From an uncultured delta proteobacterium (GTDB lineage: Bacteria; Myxococcota; Myxococcia; Myxococcales; Anaeromyxobacteraceae), in assembly GCA_963845515.1 (NCBI GenBank), contig CAWJSR010000010.1, forward strand, positions 1 through 64,000: DNA of 64,000 nt, written 5' to 3'. A program made the position numbers and the translations under genes. Shown piece by piece: positions 1 to 9,060 of this stretch; the stretch's first letter is position 1, and each line of letters starts with the position of its first letter. The notes under the pieces are model-generated. The model made no database searches, was not told where the DNA came from, and worked only from the letters and a program-made list of their open reading frames with translations.

Positions 1-96
1 GACGCGATCCTTCCCCAGGTGCTTGGAAGGGGTGGAAGGGAGAACGGGCGCGGGGCTTGCTGCGGCGCACAAAATCCTGTTTGTTTGGAACTCGCC

Positions 97-112
97 TGTT
101 TGGAACCCGACA
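97..112 (+). promoter_or_regulatory. NifA upstream activator sequence (TGT-N10-ACA)
   Basis: TGT-ttggaacccg-ACA, about 50 bp upstream of a sigma54 motif and in front of fixR-like/nifA genes. Confidence 0.65.
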
Positions 113-158
113 AAGTTAGGTTCCGGCCGCGCCCCGCCGGTATCGGAGCATGGCCCGT

Positions 159-175
159 CTGGTGTAGAAATTGCT
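159..175 (+). promoter_or_regulatory. sigma54 (-24/-12) promoter
   Basis: ctGGtgtagaaattGCt: GG-N10-GC with canonical TGG and TTGC flanks. Confidence 0.75.
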
Positions 176-262
176 TCTCCTGATATGCGCTTGTCGTGAA
201 ATTCGTTCATGATCCGCCACCGGCCGCCTGTGCGCGGCGGCCCGCACCGCAGGACCGACGCC

Positions 263-1198
263 GTGACCGACGCTCCCCCCGCCCCGCCGCCCGCCCCGGC
301 GCCGTCATCGGCGGAATCCGCCGCGGGGCTGCCCGTCGTCCGCCCATTCGTCGGCTCAGCGGGCCTGCGCCGGCCGCGGGCGGCGGCTGTCCGGCCCATG
401 CGGCGGACCCGACGGCGTTGCACCCGCACGCTCAAGAGCACCCGCACCCGCACGCGCTGCCCGACCTCGGCAAGACCATGGTGCTGACCGGCGCCTCGCG
501 CGGCATCGGCCACGCCGCGGTGCGCCGCTTCTCGGAGACCGGCTGGCGGATCATCACCTGCTCGCGCGAGCCCTTCAACCGCCGGCGCTGCCCGTGGGAG
601 GAGGGGCCGGACGACCACATCCAGGTCGACCTGTCCGACCGCCGGACGCTGCAGCTCGCCATCCACGACATCAAGGCAAGCTCGACGGCAAGCCGCTGCA
701 CGCGCTGGTCAACAATGCCGGCATCTCGCCCAAGACGCCGACCGGCAGCCGGATGGGCTGCTGGTGACGCCGGTCGATACCTGGCTGCAGGTGATCCAGG
801 TGAACTTCTTCGCGCCGATGCTACTGGCGCGCGGCCTGTTCGCGGAGCTGGCCGCGGCGCGCGGCAGCGTCGTCAACGTCACCTCGATCGTCGGCTCGCG
901 CGTCCACCCGTTCGCCGGGACGGCCTACGCCACCTCCAAGGCGGCGCTGACCGGCCTGACCCGCGAGATGGCGGACGATTTCGCGCCGCTCGGCATCCGC
1001 GTCAACGCGATTGCCCCGGGCGAGATCAAGACCGAAATTCTATCGGCGGAAACTGCCGAGCGGCTGGCGCCCACCATCCCGATGCGGCGGATCGGCACGC
1101 CCGAAGAGGTGGCGGAGGTGATCTATTTCCTGTGCTCCGACGCATCGAGCTACGTCACCGGCACGGAGATCGAAATCAATGGCGGGCAACATCTGTGA
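263..1198 (+). CDS. fixR: FixR-like short-chain dehydrogenase/reductase (split by frameshifts; start uncertain)
   Basis: TGASRGIG Rossmann motif, NNAG in an adjacent frame, YATSK catalytic motif, GIRVNAIAPG...INGG; lies upstream of nifA. Confidence 0.75.
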
Positions 1199-1407
1199 TA
1201 CGGGTTCCGCTTCATCGGGCGGGAGCCTGCCGGTGGCGGCCCGAAGGGCGGGAACCCTCCTGGGGAAATACGTATAATGTCGGAACTGTGATGGCGGCGG
1301 CCATCGCCAAACCGATGGGGCAGCCGATATGATTCCGGCAAAGCCATAGTATCGCCTACAACAATACCTGACCTTCCGCACAAGGGCGTGACGGTCCGCA
1401 GGCACAA

Positions 1408-1456
1408 CGGGCAAGACAAAACTTCGGGCAAGACAAAACTTCGGACAAGACAAAAC
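1408..1456 (+). repeat. three tandem 17-bp direct repeats upstream of nifA
   Basis: cgggcaagacaaaactt x2 followed by cggacaagacaaaac. Confidence 0.9.
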
Positions 1457-1546
1457 GCCAATTTGAATGTATTCTAAAATTCAAAATGCATACGCCGAAC
1501 GCAACAACCGGGGAGCGAAGCGCCCACGAGCGACGGGAATGAAACG

Positions 1547-2390
1547 ATGAACCACGGTCCCATTGATGTTCTCGTCCCGACTTCGCAATCGATTGCAGGT
1601 GCCTCCGTGCCGTTCAGCGAGATCGCGCTCACCGGCGTCTACGAAATCTCCAAGATCCTGGCCTCGCCGAACCGGCTGGAGACGACGCTCTCCAACGTGA
1701 TGGGCTGTGGTCCTTCATGCAGATGCGCCACGGCATCATCTCGCTGCTCGCCGACGACGGCGTGCCGGACATCGTGGTCGGCGCCGGCTGGAGCGAGGGG
1801 TCGGACGCGCGCTACCGCGCCCGCCTGCCCGAACTCGCCATCGGCCAGATCATCGCCACCGGCGTGCCGCTGGTGGCCCAGAACATCGCCGGCCATCCGC
1901 TGTTCAGCGAGGCCGACATCGCCGCCATGCAGAGCGGCGACGACACCTCCACCGTCTCCTTCATCGGCGTGCCGATCCGCATCGGCGCCAAGGTGGTCGG
2001 CACGCTGACCATCGACCGCATCTGGGACGGCAAGGCGGTGTTCCGCTTCGACGTCGACGTGCGCTTCCTCACCATGGTGGCGAACCTGATCGGCCAGACC
2101 GTGCAGCTCCACCGCGTGGTGGCGCGCGACCGCGACCGGCTGATCGCGAGACCCACCGGCTGCAGAAGCAGCTCTCCGAGTTCAGCGTGCCGCCGGACAG
2201 CGGCAAGCGCATCAAGGTCAGCGGCATCGTCGGCGACAGCCCGGCCATCCGCTCGGTGCTGCGCAAGATCGAGATCGTCGCCAAGTCGCACTCGCCGGTG
2301 CTGCTGCGCGGCGAATCCGGCACCGGCAAGGAGCTGTTCGCCCGCGCCATCCACGAGATGTCGCCGCGCGCCGACGGGCCGTTCATCAAG
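1547..2390 (+). CDS. nifA: nif-specific sigma54 activator NifA, N-terminal part (GAF plus start of AAA+); frameshifted and truncated at the junction
   Basis: EIALTGVYEISKIL, GVPIRIGAKVVGTLTIDR, DVRFLTMVANLIGQTV, VLLRGESGTGKELFARAIHE...PFIK; the expected NCAAL and GAFTGA motifs do not follow. Confidence 0.9.
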
Positions 2391-2783
2391 ATCGCCGACG
2401 CAATTGAGGCCAGTCTGGCTTCGCGAGCATACCTGTGGGTCCTTCGCGTCGCCACGGTCGAAGGCCTGCCGCAAGCGTGCAGGGTTTTCGTTCCCGACTT
2501 CATCATCGCCGATCTGACCACGGTGTCCCTGGCGTCATTGCTGGAGTGTGTGACGCGGTATCCGGGCGTTTCGGTGCTGGGCATGGAGTCGACATCGGAC
2601 CGCGTGCTCGCGGTGAGCTGCGACCAGTTCGCCGTGCACTCGACAACCGATCTCACTCGCGCCATCGGTCAGTCGCTCCATAGGCTTCCCGCCGAGCGTG
2701 GCGCGATCGCGTCGACGCTGGCGGTGGGCGGTTCCATCCACAACCGTTACGGCGACGCCGTTCACCCGCATTTAGGCCACTGA
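2391..2783 (+). CDS. 5'-truncated small degenerate receiver-like protein, paralog of 8625..9029
   Basis: IADAIEASL...PDFIIADL...PGVSVLGM...DLTRAI aligns by eye with LDSVEAIL...PDLVIFDL...PGAPLLGL...DLRRVV. Confidence 0.65.
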   Translation: MADAIEASLASRAYLWVLRVATVEGLPQACRVFVPDFIIADLTTVSLASLLECVTRYPGVSVLGMESTSDRVLAVSCDQFAVHSTTDLTRAIGQSLHRLPAERGAIASTLAVGGSIHNRYGDAVHPHLGH

Positions 2784-2937
2784 GGGCTCCCCCGCCCCTC
2801 AGGAACCCGGCGTCGCATGTCAGCATCGCGGCCCCCGACTGAGATCGGGGGCCGCGGGCTGTCCCAGATGGCCCCGATCTGGCCGGCACCGCCACGCGAC
2901 CGACCTAGGTCCGTAACCATACCGTACTACAGTACTG

Positions 2938-2967
2938 TTGACGCGGTATGACCGATCCTGCTATAAT
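2938..2967 (+). promoter_or_regulatory. sigma70-type promoter
   Basis: TTGACG-N18-TATAAT with an extended TG. Confidence 0.65.
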
Positions 2968-3004
2968 GTCCTCACCAGTATCAAACCTAGGCGCAAGGAC
3001 CTCA

Positions 3005-4543
3005 ATGAGTCTCAGAATGCTGCTCCAAGCGCTGGTGTGCGTCTGTGCCTTCGCCGCGACGCAGGGACCGGTGAGGGCCGTCTCGCCGCGCCCAAGTGGA
3101 GCCGCCCTAGCGAGAGTGAGCACGTCCTCCCTCACGGAGATCTGGGATTACGACACCTACGAAGCCAAGGACAAGGGCACCGAGCTGGGCTCGGCCGTCG
3201 GGGCCGCGGGCGATGTCAACAACGACGGCTGGGCCGAAATCCTCGTAGGGGCACCCAAGGCCTCGCTCGCAGACGACAACGAGGGGCTAGTGTACTTGTT
3301 CTTCGGGTCGCCGGGAGGTCCGGAGGTCAGTCCCAGCCAGACGCTCTCAGTCGGCTCCCCTGAAGCGAGAGGTTCGCGCTTCGGCGATGCCGTAGGCACG
3401 GCGGGGGATGCCAACAACGATGGCTATGCCGATGTCATCGTCGGAGCGCCGCTCTACAACCCCGTACTCCCGGACAGCAGCAAGCGACCCGATGCCGGCG
3501 GCGTCTTCGTGTTCTATGGATCCGACAGCACGGATGGCCTGTCAGCGACACCCGACTGGCAGACGTTCGGGGAGACCACCTATGCCTGGTTAGGCGCCTC
3601 GGTCTCAGGTGCCGGTTACATCAACGACGACGACTACGCCGATGTTGTCGCCGGTGCGCCGGGCTTGAATGGGAGCAGGGGCGCGGCCTACGTCTACTTC
3701 GGCGGTCCCGCCGGGCTAGTGACTGCGACGGTGCAGATCATCACGAACACACAGCCATCGCTCTTCGGATCTTCCGTTTCGGGGGCGGGCGATGTCAACG
3801 GCGACGGTTTCGCCGATATCGTCGTCGGGGCACCCTACTTTGAGCGCGACGTCGACCACCTCGATGAGGGTGCCGCCTACGTCTACCTTGGCTCCACCCA
3901 GGGCATCACGCCGACCGCGGCTTGGGTGATGATGGGGGGCCAGGCGGAGTCGCACTTCGGGGCCGCAGTCAGGGGACTGGGTGACACGAATGGTGATGGC
4001 TTTGCCGACTTCGCCATCGGAGCTCCCTCCTACGATGCCGACGAGCTGGACCCGGACGACAACGACCACGGACGCGTCAACGTGTTCTGCGGCAGTGCCA
4101 CAGGCCCAGGCACCACCGCCTGCTGGTCCTATACCGGCGAAGTGTCATTGTCGCGGCTGGGAGCCGCGCTGGGTGGCGGCGGTGACATCAACGCCGATGG
4201 CTATGCCGACCTCGTGGTGGGTATGCCGTCCATCATCCGCGACGACGGGGGATCGACTGTAGACGCCCCTGAAGTGGCGCTCGTGTTCCTGGGCTCCGCA
4301 AAGGGTCTGTTGCCCTACCCCGCGTGGCGACTGTGGGTCACGCAGCCGACCACGGACTACGGCTACTCGGTTGCCATCGTCGACCACCCAAGTGCAGGTG
4401 CCTACGATGGGGCGATGGTTGGCGCGCCCCACTTGCAGATCGATAGGGATCCGTATGGCCGAGCCTTCGTCTACGCCGGTATGGAGTACGCAGGGCTGAC
4501 GGTCAAGGTGTTCCTCCCCCTGATCCTGAGGGCTGTCCCATGA
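3005..4543 (+). CDS. secreted FG-GAP (integrin-alpha beta-propeller) repeat protein
   Basis: signal peptide; about 7 repeats FG.S/AV..AGDVNxDGxAD.IVGAP; C-terminal VFLPLILR motif. Confidence 0.9.
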   Translation: MSLRMLLQALVCVCAFAATQGPVRAVSPRPSGAALARVSTSSLTEIWDYDTYEAKDKGTELGSAVGAAGDVNNDGWAEILVGAPKASLADDNEGLVYLFFGSPGGPEVSPSQTLSVGSPEARGSRFGDAVGTAGDANNDGYADVIVGAPLYNPVLPDSSKRPDAGGVFVFYGSDSTDGLSATPDWQTFGETTYAWLGASVSGAGYINDDDYADVVAGAPGLNGSRGAAYVYFGGPAGLVTATVQIITNTQPSLFGSSVSGAGDVNGDGFADIVVGAPYFERDVDHLDEGAAYVYLGSTQGITPTAAWVMMGGQAESHFGAAVRGLGDTNGDGFADFAIGAPSYDADELDPDDNDHGRVNVFCGSATGPGTTACWSYTGEVSLSRLGAALGGGGDINADGYADLVVGMPSIIRDDGGSTVDAPEVALVFLGSAKGLLPYPAWRLWVTQPTTDYGYSVAIVDHPSAGAYDGAMVGAPHLQIDRDPYGRAFVYAGMEYAGLTVKVFLPLILRAVP

Positions 4544-7500
4544 GCGCCGTCGAGTTCCTGTTCCAGTTCCTGCGCCAGTTTGTTGGGGGCCCGGGCCCGC
4601 TTGAAAACAACCTTGTGCGCTATGGGTTGCCCGCGATCCTCTGGGCCATCCTCTTTGTGATCGCCCTGGGCCGCCGCCGCTCGGGTGATTACCCGCGCGA
4701 GGCATGGCTTGCCTGGGGCTTCGGTTTCGGCTTCCTGCGCGAGTTCTTTATGGTGATCCACGTGAGCCTGCGCATCGCCAACCCGGCAATCAATGAGACC
4801 CAGCCCTTCATCGTTATGGAGCCGCTCGAGCACGCTCTCGCCCTGATCGCCGTGGCCATTGTGTCAGGCGCTTTCATCCGCTATGTGTCGAAGGACGACC
4901 GCCTGGCGCGCCGTTTCATGCAGCCAGCCATCGCCGTCTCTGTCGTCTGCCTCCTTGTCGTGGCTCCGACGTGGGTCCGTCTGGTAAAACTCAGCCCGGA
5001 GGTGCGATTCCACGAGACCTGGGGGGCTTGGGCTTTCCACGGAACGGCCCTGATCCTCATCGCGGTGGCAATCGGCATGTTCCTGCGCAGACGGACTTGG
5101 CTGAGCCGGATAGTGATCGGCGCATTGTTCCTGTTCTATGCGGCCGAGGGGCTGCTTCTCGTCAACTATGCCACCGCCAGGGCCTATGCCGGCTTCCTCT
5201 GCCCCATCGGCAACACTCTGCACATCCTGGCGATCCCACTTCTCGCCTTCATCTATTTCCGCGAACAGACACTCGAGAAGCAGGAGGCTGAGACCCAGCT
5301 CGACGCCTATCGCGGCCACCTCGAGGAGCTGGTGGCTGCTCGCACCGAGGAGCTGACGACGACCAACCGCAAACTGATGCAGGAGATCGTCGAGCGGCAG
5401 CGCGCCGAAGCGGCTCTTGGACGGCTGAGCCACCACCACGAGCTGATCCTCAACTCCGCCGGCGAGGGAGTCTTCGGCGTCGATAGCGACGGGCACCACA
5501 CTTTCGTAAACCGCGCAGCCGCCGACATGCTGGGCTACGAGCCGAACGACCTCATCGGCAAAACTAGCCATTCGGTGTGGCACCACTCCTATGCTGACGG
5601 GACGCCCTACCCCGAGGCGGACTGCCCGCTCCACAATGGCTACAAGACAGGCCAGGTGCGCCAGGGCGACGACCAGGTCTTCTGGCGGCGCGACGGCGCC
5701 AGTTTCCCGGTGCACTACATCAGCACGCCGCTCTATGAGAACGGCGATCTCCGCGGTGCCGTCGTCATCTTCCAGGACATCAGCGAAGCCAAACGGGCCC
5801 AGACCGAGCTCACACAGCGCAGCATCGAGCTGGCCCGCAGGAGTGCGGAACTCGGACTCCAGAACACGATCGCCGCGACGTTAAGCCAGTCGCTCGACCT
5901 GCGCCATATCCTAGGTGCCGCGCTCGAGACCGTTTTGGCCGAGCTCAAGGTCGATGCGGGCTGCATATTCCTGGCCGAGGATGGCGAGCTGCCGTCGGTG
6001 CCGGAGATCTTCCGCGGAAGCCCAGCCTATGTAACCTGGGCGAACTGCGGGTGGCGTGAGTCGGCGTGCAGGCGCGCTGCGCAGGAGGCCGTCACCTCGC
6101 AAGTGCCAGCCACACGGTTCGTCAGCGACCTCGACGACGCGGCACCCAATCCCTCGCCCGATTGCCTGGAGGACGCCGCCACGCGCTTGCTCGTGAGCAT
6201 TCCGCTGATTGCCAAGGGCCGGGCCGTGGGTGCGCTTACTCTCGCCGCCAGCCACGCCAATGGCTTGACCCACAACATTGCGCTACTCACTAGCATCGGC
6301 CACCAGATCGGCGTGGCCGTGGAGAATGCCCGCCTTCACCAGGAGACCCAGCGTTGGGCCGACCAACTTGCCGCGCTGCACCAGGCCAGCGTGACGTTGA
6401 ACGCGACGCTCGAACTGGAAGCGATCTACGCAGCCATCGCCGAGCAGGCCATGGGATTGCTCAGGTGCCAGGCCGCGGCGCTCTTCGTCTGGCAGGAATA
6501 CGAGCGTGGGGCCGTGCGAGTTCTCTCCCGTGGGCTGCCCGAGATCGAGGCCGCCGGATCGGGTGCGGAAGCAGCAGGGAGCTCACGGTCGGAAGCACGC
6601 ACCATCCAACTCTCTCCAGAGGAGGCAGCTCGCCTTCACGAGCACATCCAGGCTCGCAAAGTGCTGGTAATCCCGGACGTCGCTCAGGACAGCCAACTGG
6701 AGCTCCATTGGTCGGCGAACCTCGGCCTACAGGCCGTATTGGGCCTGCCACTCTGGGGAGCCGACCGCCCGCTGGGCTTCCTCCTCGTCATCGATAGGGT
6801 CTCGACGCGCGCGTGGCGCCAGGACGAGGTCGACCTTGCCGAAAGCTTCGCAAACCTTGCGGCCATCATCCTGGAGAAGGCGCACCTGCACAGTCAGGCC
6901 GGACGTGCTGCGGCCCTGGAGGAGCGGCAGCGCCTCGCTGCCGATATGCACGATGGACTTGCCCAGACGCTTTCCTACCTCGGCCATCAGGTCGACGGGC
7001 TTACGGAATACGCCGGCTTGGAGACGCTGGGCCCTGGCCGCCCGGACCCCGGCCGCGCCGATCACATCATCGCGGCCAGTTCGCGTATGCGCAGCATCAT
7101 TGACGACGCCACCACCGAGGTGCGCCGCTTTATCGCAGGGCTCGACGTGCAGCCTCGCCCGCCGCGCCCACTACAGATGCTGCTCGAGGACACTGCAGCA
7201 GCCGCAGAGCTCAGTGACGGACTTACCACACGTTTCGAGACCGATCTTGGCGCGCCGCTCTACGTCTCCGAAGCCGTGGGCGAGCAGGTCACGCGGATCG
7301 TCAAAGAGGCAGTTCGCAACGCACGCAATCACGCCAGAGCCACGCATGTCGTCGTCTCGCTGCACACCGAGAACAGCCTGGGAATCGTCACGATCGCCGA
7401 TGACGGGCAGGGCTTTGACACGGAAGCACGGGTGGATGACGGGCGCGGGCACTTCGGGCTCAACATCATGCGAGTCCGCGCCGCCCGCATCGAGGGGACG

Positions 7501-7587
7501 CTCGATGTTCGCTCGGTCCCCGAACAGGGAACAAAGGTCGTGCTCACCTGGCCAGTTGGGCCAGCCGGGGACAGCGATGGACGGTAG
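4540..7587 (+). CDS. membrane sensor histidine kinase (7TM-PAS-GAF-GAF-HisKA_3-HATPase)
   Basis: hydrophobic N-terminus; ILNSAGEGVFGVD...FVNRAA PAS; EERQRLAADMHDGLAQ H-box; DDGQGF, HFGLNIM. Confidence 0.92.
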   Translation: MSAVEFLFQFLRQFVGGPGPLENNLVRYGLPAILWAILFVIALGRRRSGDYPREAWLAWGFGFGFLREFFMVIHVSLRIANPAINETQPFIVMEPLEHALALIAVAIVSGAFIRYVSKDDRLARRFMQPAIAVSVVCLLVVAPTWVRLVKLSPEVRFHETWGAWAFHGTALILIAVAIGMFLRRRTWLSRIVIGALFLFYAAEGLLLVNYATARAYAGFLCPIGNTLHILAIPLLAFIYFREQTLEKQEAETQLDAYRGHLEELVAARTEELTTTNRKLMQEIVERQRAEAALGRLSHHHELILNSAGEGVFGVDSDGHHTFVNRAAADMLGYEPNDLIGKTSHSVWHHSYADGTPYPEADCPLHNGYKTGQVRQGDDQVFWRRDGASFPVHYISTPLYENGDLRGAVVIFQDISEAKRAQTELTQRSIELARRSAELGLQNTIAATLSQSLDLRHILGAALETVLAELKVDAGCIFLAEDGELPSVPEIFRGSPAYVTWANCGWRESACRRAAQEAVTSQVPATRFVSDLDDAAPNPSPDCLEDAATRLLVSIPLIAKGRAVGALTLAASHANGLTHNIALLTSIGHQIGVAVENARLHQETQRWADQLAALHQASVTLNATLELEAIYAAIAEQAMGLLRCQAAALFVWQEYERGAVRVLSRGLPEIEAAGSGAEAAGSSRSEARTIQLSPEEAARLHEHIQARKVLVIPDVAQDSQLELHWSANLGLQAVLGLPLWGADRPLGFLLVIDRVSTRAWRQDEVDLAESFANLAAIILEKAHLHSQAGRAAALEERQRLAADMHDGLAQTLSYLGHQVDGLTEYAGLETLGPGRPDPGRADHIIAASSRMRSIIDDATTEVRRFIAGLDVQPRPPRPLQMLLEDTAAAAELSDGLTTRFETDLGAPLYVSEAVGEQVTRIVKEAVRNARNHARATHVVVSLHTENSLGIVTIADDGQGFDTEARVDDGRGHFGLNIMRVRAARIEGTLDVRSVPEQGTKVVLTWPVGPAGDSDGR

Positions 7588-7673
7588 AGTATGCCGGGAC
7601 CTGGGCGGGCATGGGCGCCGAACAGCGGTCGACCGCCCATGAAAACCCTTCAGACTGTGATAGGATCTACACT

Positions 7674-8369
7674 ATGGCAGTGATACGTGTTCTACTGGCC
7701 GACGATCATCAGCTGTTTCGCGAGGGGCTCGCGAGCATCCTCGACGCCCAGCCTGATTTCGAGGTGGTGGGCGAGGCTGACGATGGCCTCGAGGTCTTTG
7801 TGAAGGCTCGCGAGCTCAACCCCGACCTGATCCTCATGGACGTGGGTATGCCGGGTTGCGATGGCGTCGAGGCCACCCAGCACATCAAGGCTGCGATGCC
7901 TGCCATCACGATCGTCATGCTCACTGTTCAGGATGAGAACGACAAGCTCTTCGAGGCGTTGCAGAATGGCGCGCAGGGCTACCTGCTCAAGAGCATCCGC
8001 TCCTGGGACCTGGTGGAGATGCTGCGTGGCGCGATGCGCGGCGAGGCGGCCATCAGCGCCGCACTAGGCGGCCGCATGCTTGCCGAGTTCCGCAGGCTCA
8101 GCCGCCAGACGTGCCGCGCCGTCGACGAGGAGAGCGCCGCTCTCACTTCTCGCGAGCAGGGCGTGCTTAGCCTCGTCGCTGAAGGCGCCACGGATCACGA
8201 AATCGCCGACAGGTTGAGCATCAGCATCCACACGGTCAAGACCCACATGCGCAATATCCTGGCCAAACTCCAGCTCAGCAAGCGCCACGAAGCAGCGCAG
8301 TACGCCCTTCGCGAGGGCCTGATTCCACCCCGGGGACGCCACGCTAACGAAGTGCGCAGGGATGCCTAA
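7674..8369 (+). CDS. NarL/FixJ-family response regulator (REC + LuxR HTH)
   Basis: IRVLLADDHQLFREGL, PDLILMD, GAQGYLLK, LTSREQGVL...ISIHTVKTHMRNILAKL. Confidence 0.95.
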   Translation: MAVIRVLLADDHQLFREGLASILDAQPDFEVVGEADDGLEVFVKARELNPDLILMDVGMPGCDGVEATQHIKAAMPAITIVMLTVQDENDKLFEALQNGAQGYLLKSIRSWDLVEMLRGAMRGEAAISAALGGRMLAEFRRLSRQTCRAVDEESAALTSREQGVLSLVAEGATDHEIADRLSISIHTVKTHMRNILAKLQLSKRHEAAQYALREGLIPPRGRHANEVRRDA

Positions 8370-8426
8370 TCCTCGCCGCCAAATGACCTAAGCACCTAAC
8401 GTTCGCGGCCTAGTTCTTCTAACCGA

Positions 8427-8456
8427 AAGAGCGATCCAAAAGATCGCTCTTTTTTC
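8427..8456 (+). terminator. intrinsic terminator
   Basis: aaagagcgatc-caaaa-gatcgctcttt followed by a T-run. Confidence 0.75.
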
Positions 8457-8624
8457 ATACCTGGGGCCGGGTTCGACTGATTGCGGCGAGAGCCCTCCAC
8501 GTGGTACTGTAGAAGCATCCTGACCAGCTTCGGGACCACTCAACTGTCCCTTCACCCACCGGAGGACGTGTATGCGAAAACGACTGACCCTTCCGCCCAT
8601 CGTGTTTGCCGTGACTGTGTGACG

Positions 8625-9029
8625 ATGAACGCCCAGCAGCTTGTCGTTCTTTACGGGGATTCGCTCCTGCTCGACAGCGTGGAGGCGATTCTGGCGGGTG
8701 AAGTACAGATCAGTGTCATCCGTCTGCTCTCCGCCACCCCCGAGGTCGCTGAGCGCATCTGCGCCTTGATGCCGGACCTGGTGATCTTCGACCTCGACGC
8801 CGGCAACTTCCGCGGCCTCATCCCCTTCCTCAAGGCGTGCCCCGGCGCCCCTCTGCTTGGCCTCGACATCGCCACCAACCGGGCGGTGAGTTTGACATCC
8901 CGCGTTCACACCGTGAGCAACCAGGAAGACCTGCGAAGGGTGGTTGAACGCTACGTGGACCAGATCGTGTCGGATCCCCGCCCGGAAACCAGCCCGCACC
9001 CCACGGTGGAGCGGGCCATTTCAGCATAG
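8625..9029 (+). CDS. small stand-alone degenerate receiver-like protein
   Basis: VVLYGDSLLLDSVEAIL...PDLVIFDL; REC-like pattern lacking the N-terminal DD pair. Confidence 0.7.
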   Translation: MNAQQLVVLYGDSLLLDSVEAILAGEVQISVIRLLSATPEVAERICALMPDLVIFDLDAGNFRGLIPFLKACPGAPLLGLDIATNRAVSLTSRVHTVSNQEDLRRVVERYVDQIVSDPRPETSPHPTVERAISA

Positions 9030-9060
9030 GACCAGACTTCATTCATAGGGAGGACATGCG

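Noticed and set aside
1408..1456. Possible mini-CRISPR
   Set aside because: The repeats are adjacent, only 17 bp long, with no spacers and no cas genes.
2390..2393. GATC at junction 1 as evidence of Sau3AI ligation
   Set aside because: GATC is very frequent in this sequence, and junction 2 has none.
1707..2783. Apparent novel NifA fusion with an unknown C-terminal domain
   Set aside because: The in-frame join falls at the fragment junction, and the C-terminal part is a separate Chloroflexota-type gene.
8370..8620. Riboswitch upstream of the cytochrome operon
   Set aside because: I recognised no aptamer consensus, only a terminator hairpin. An Rfam/Infernal scan would be decisive.
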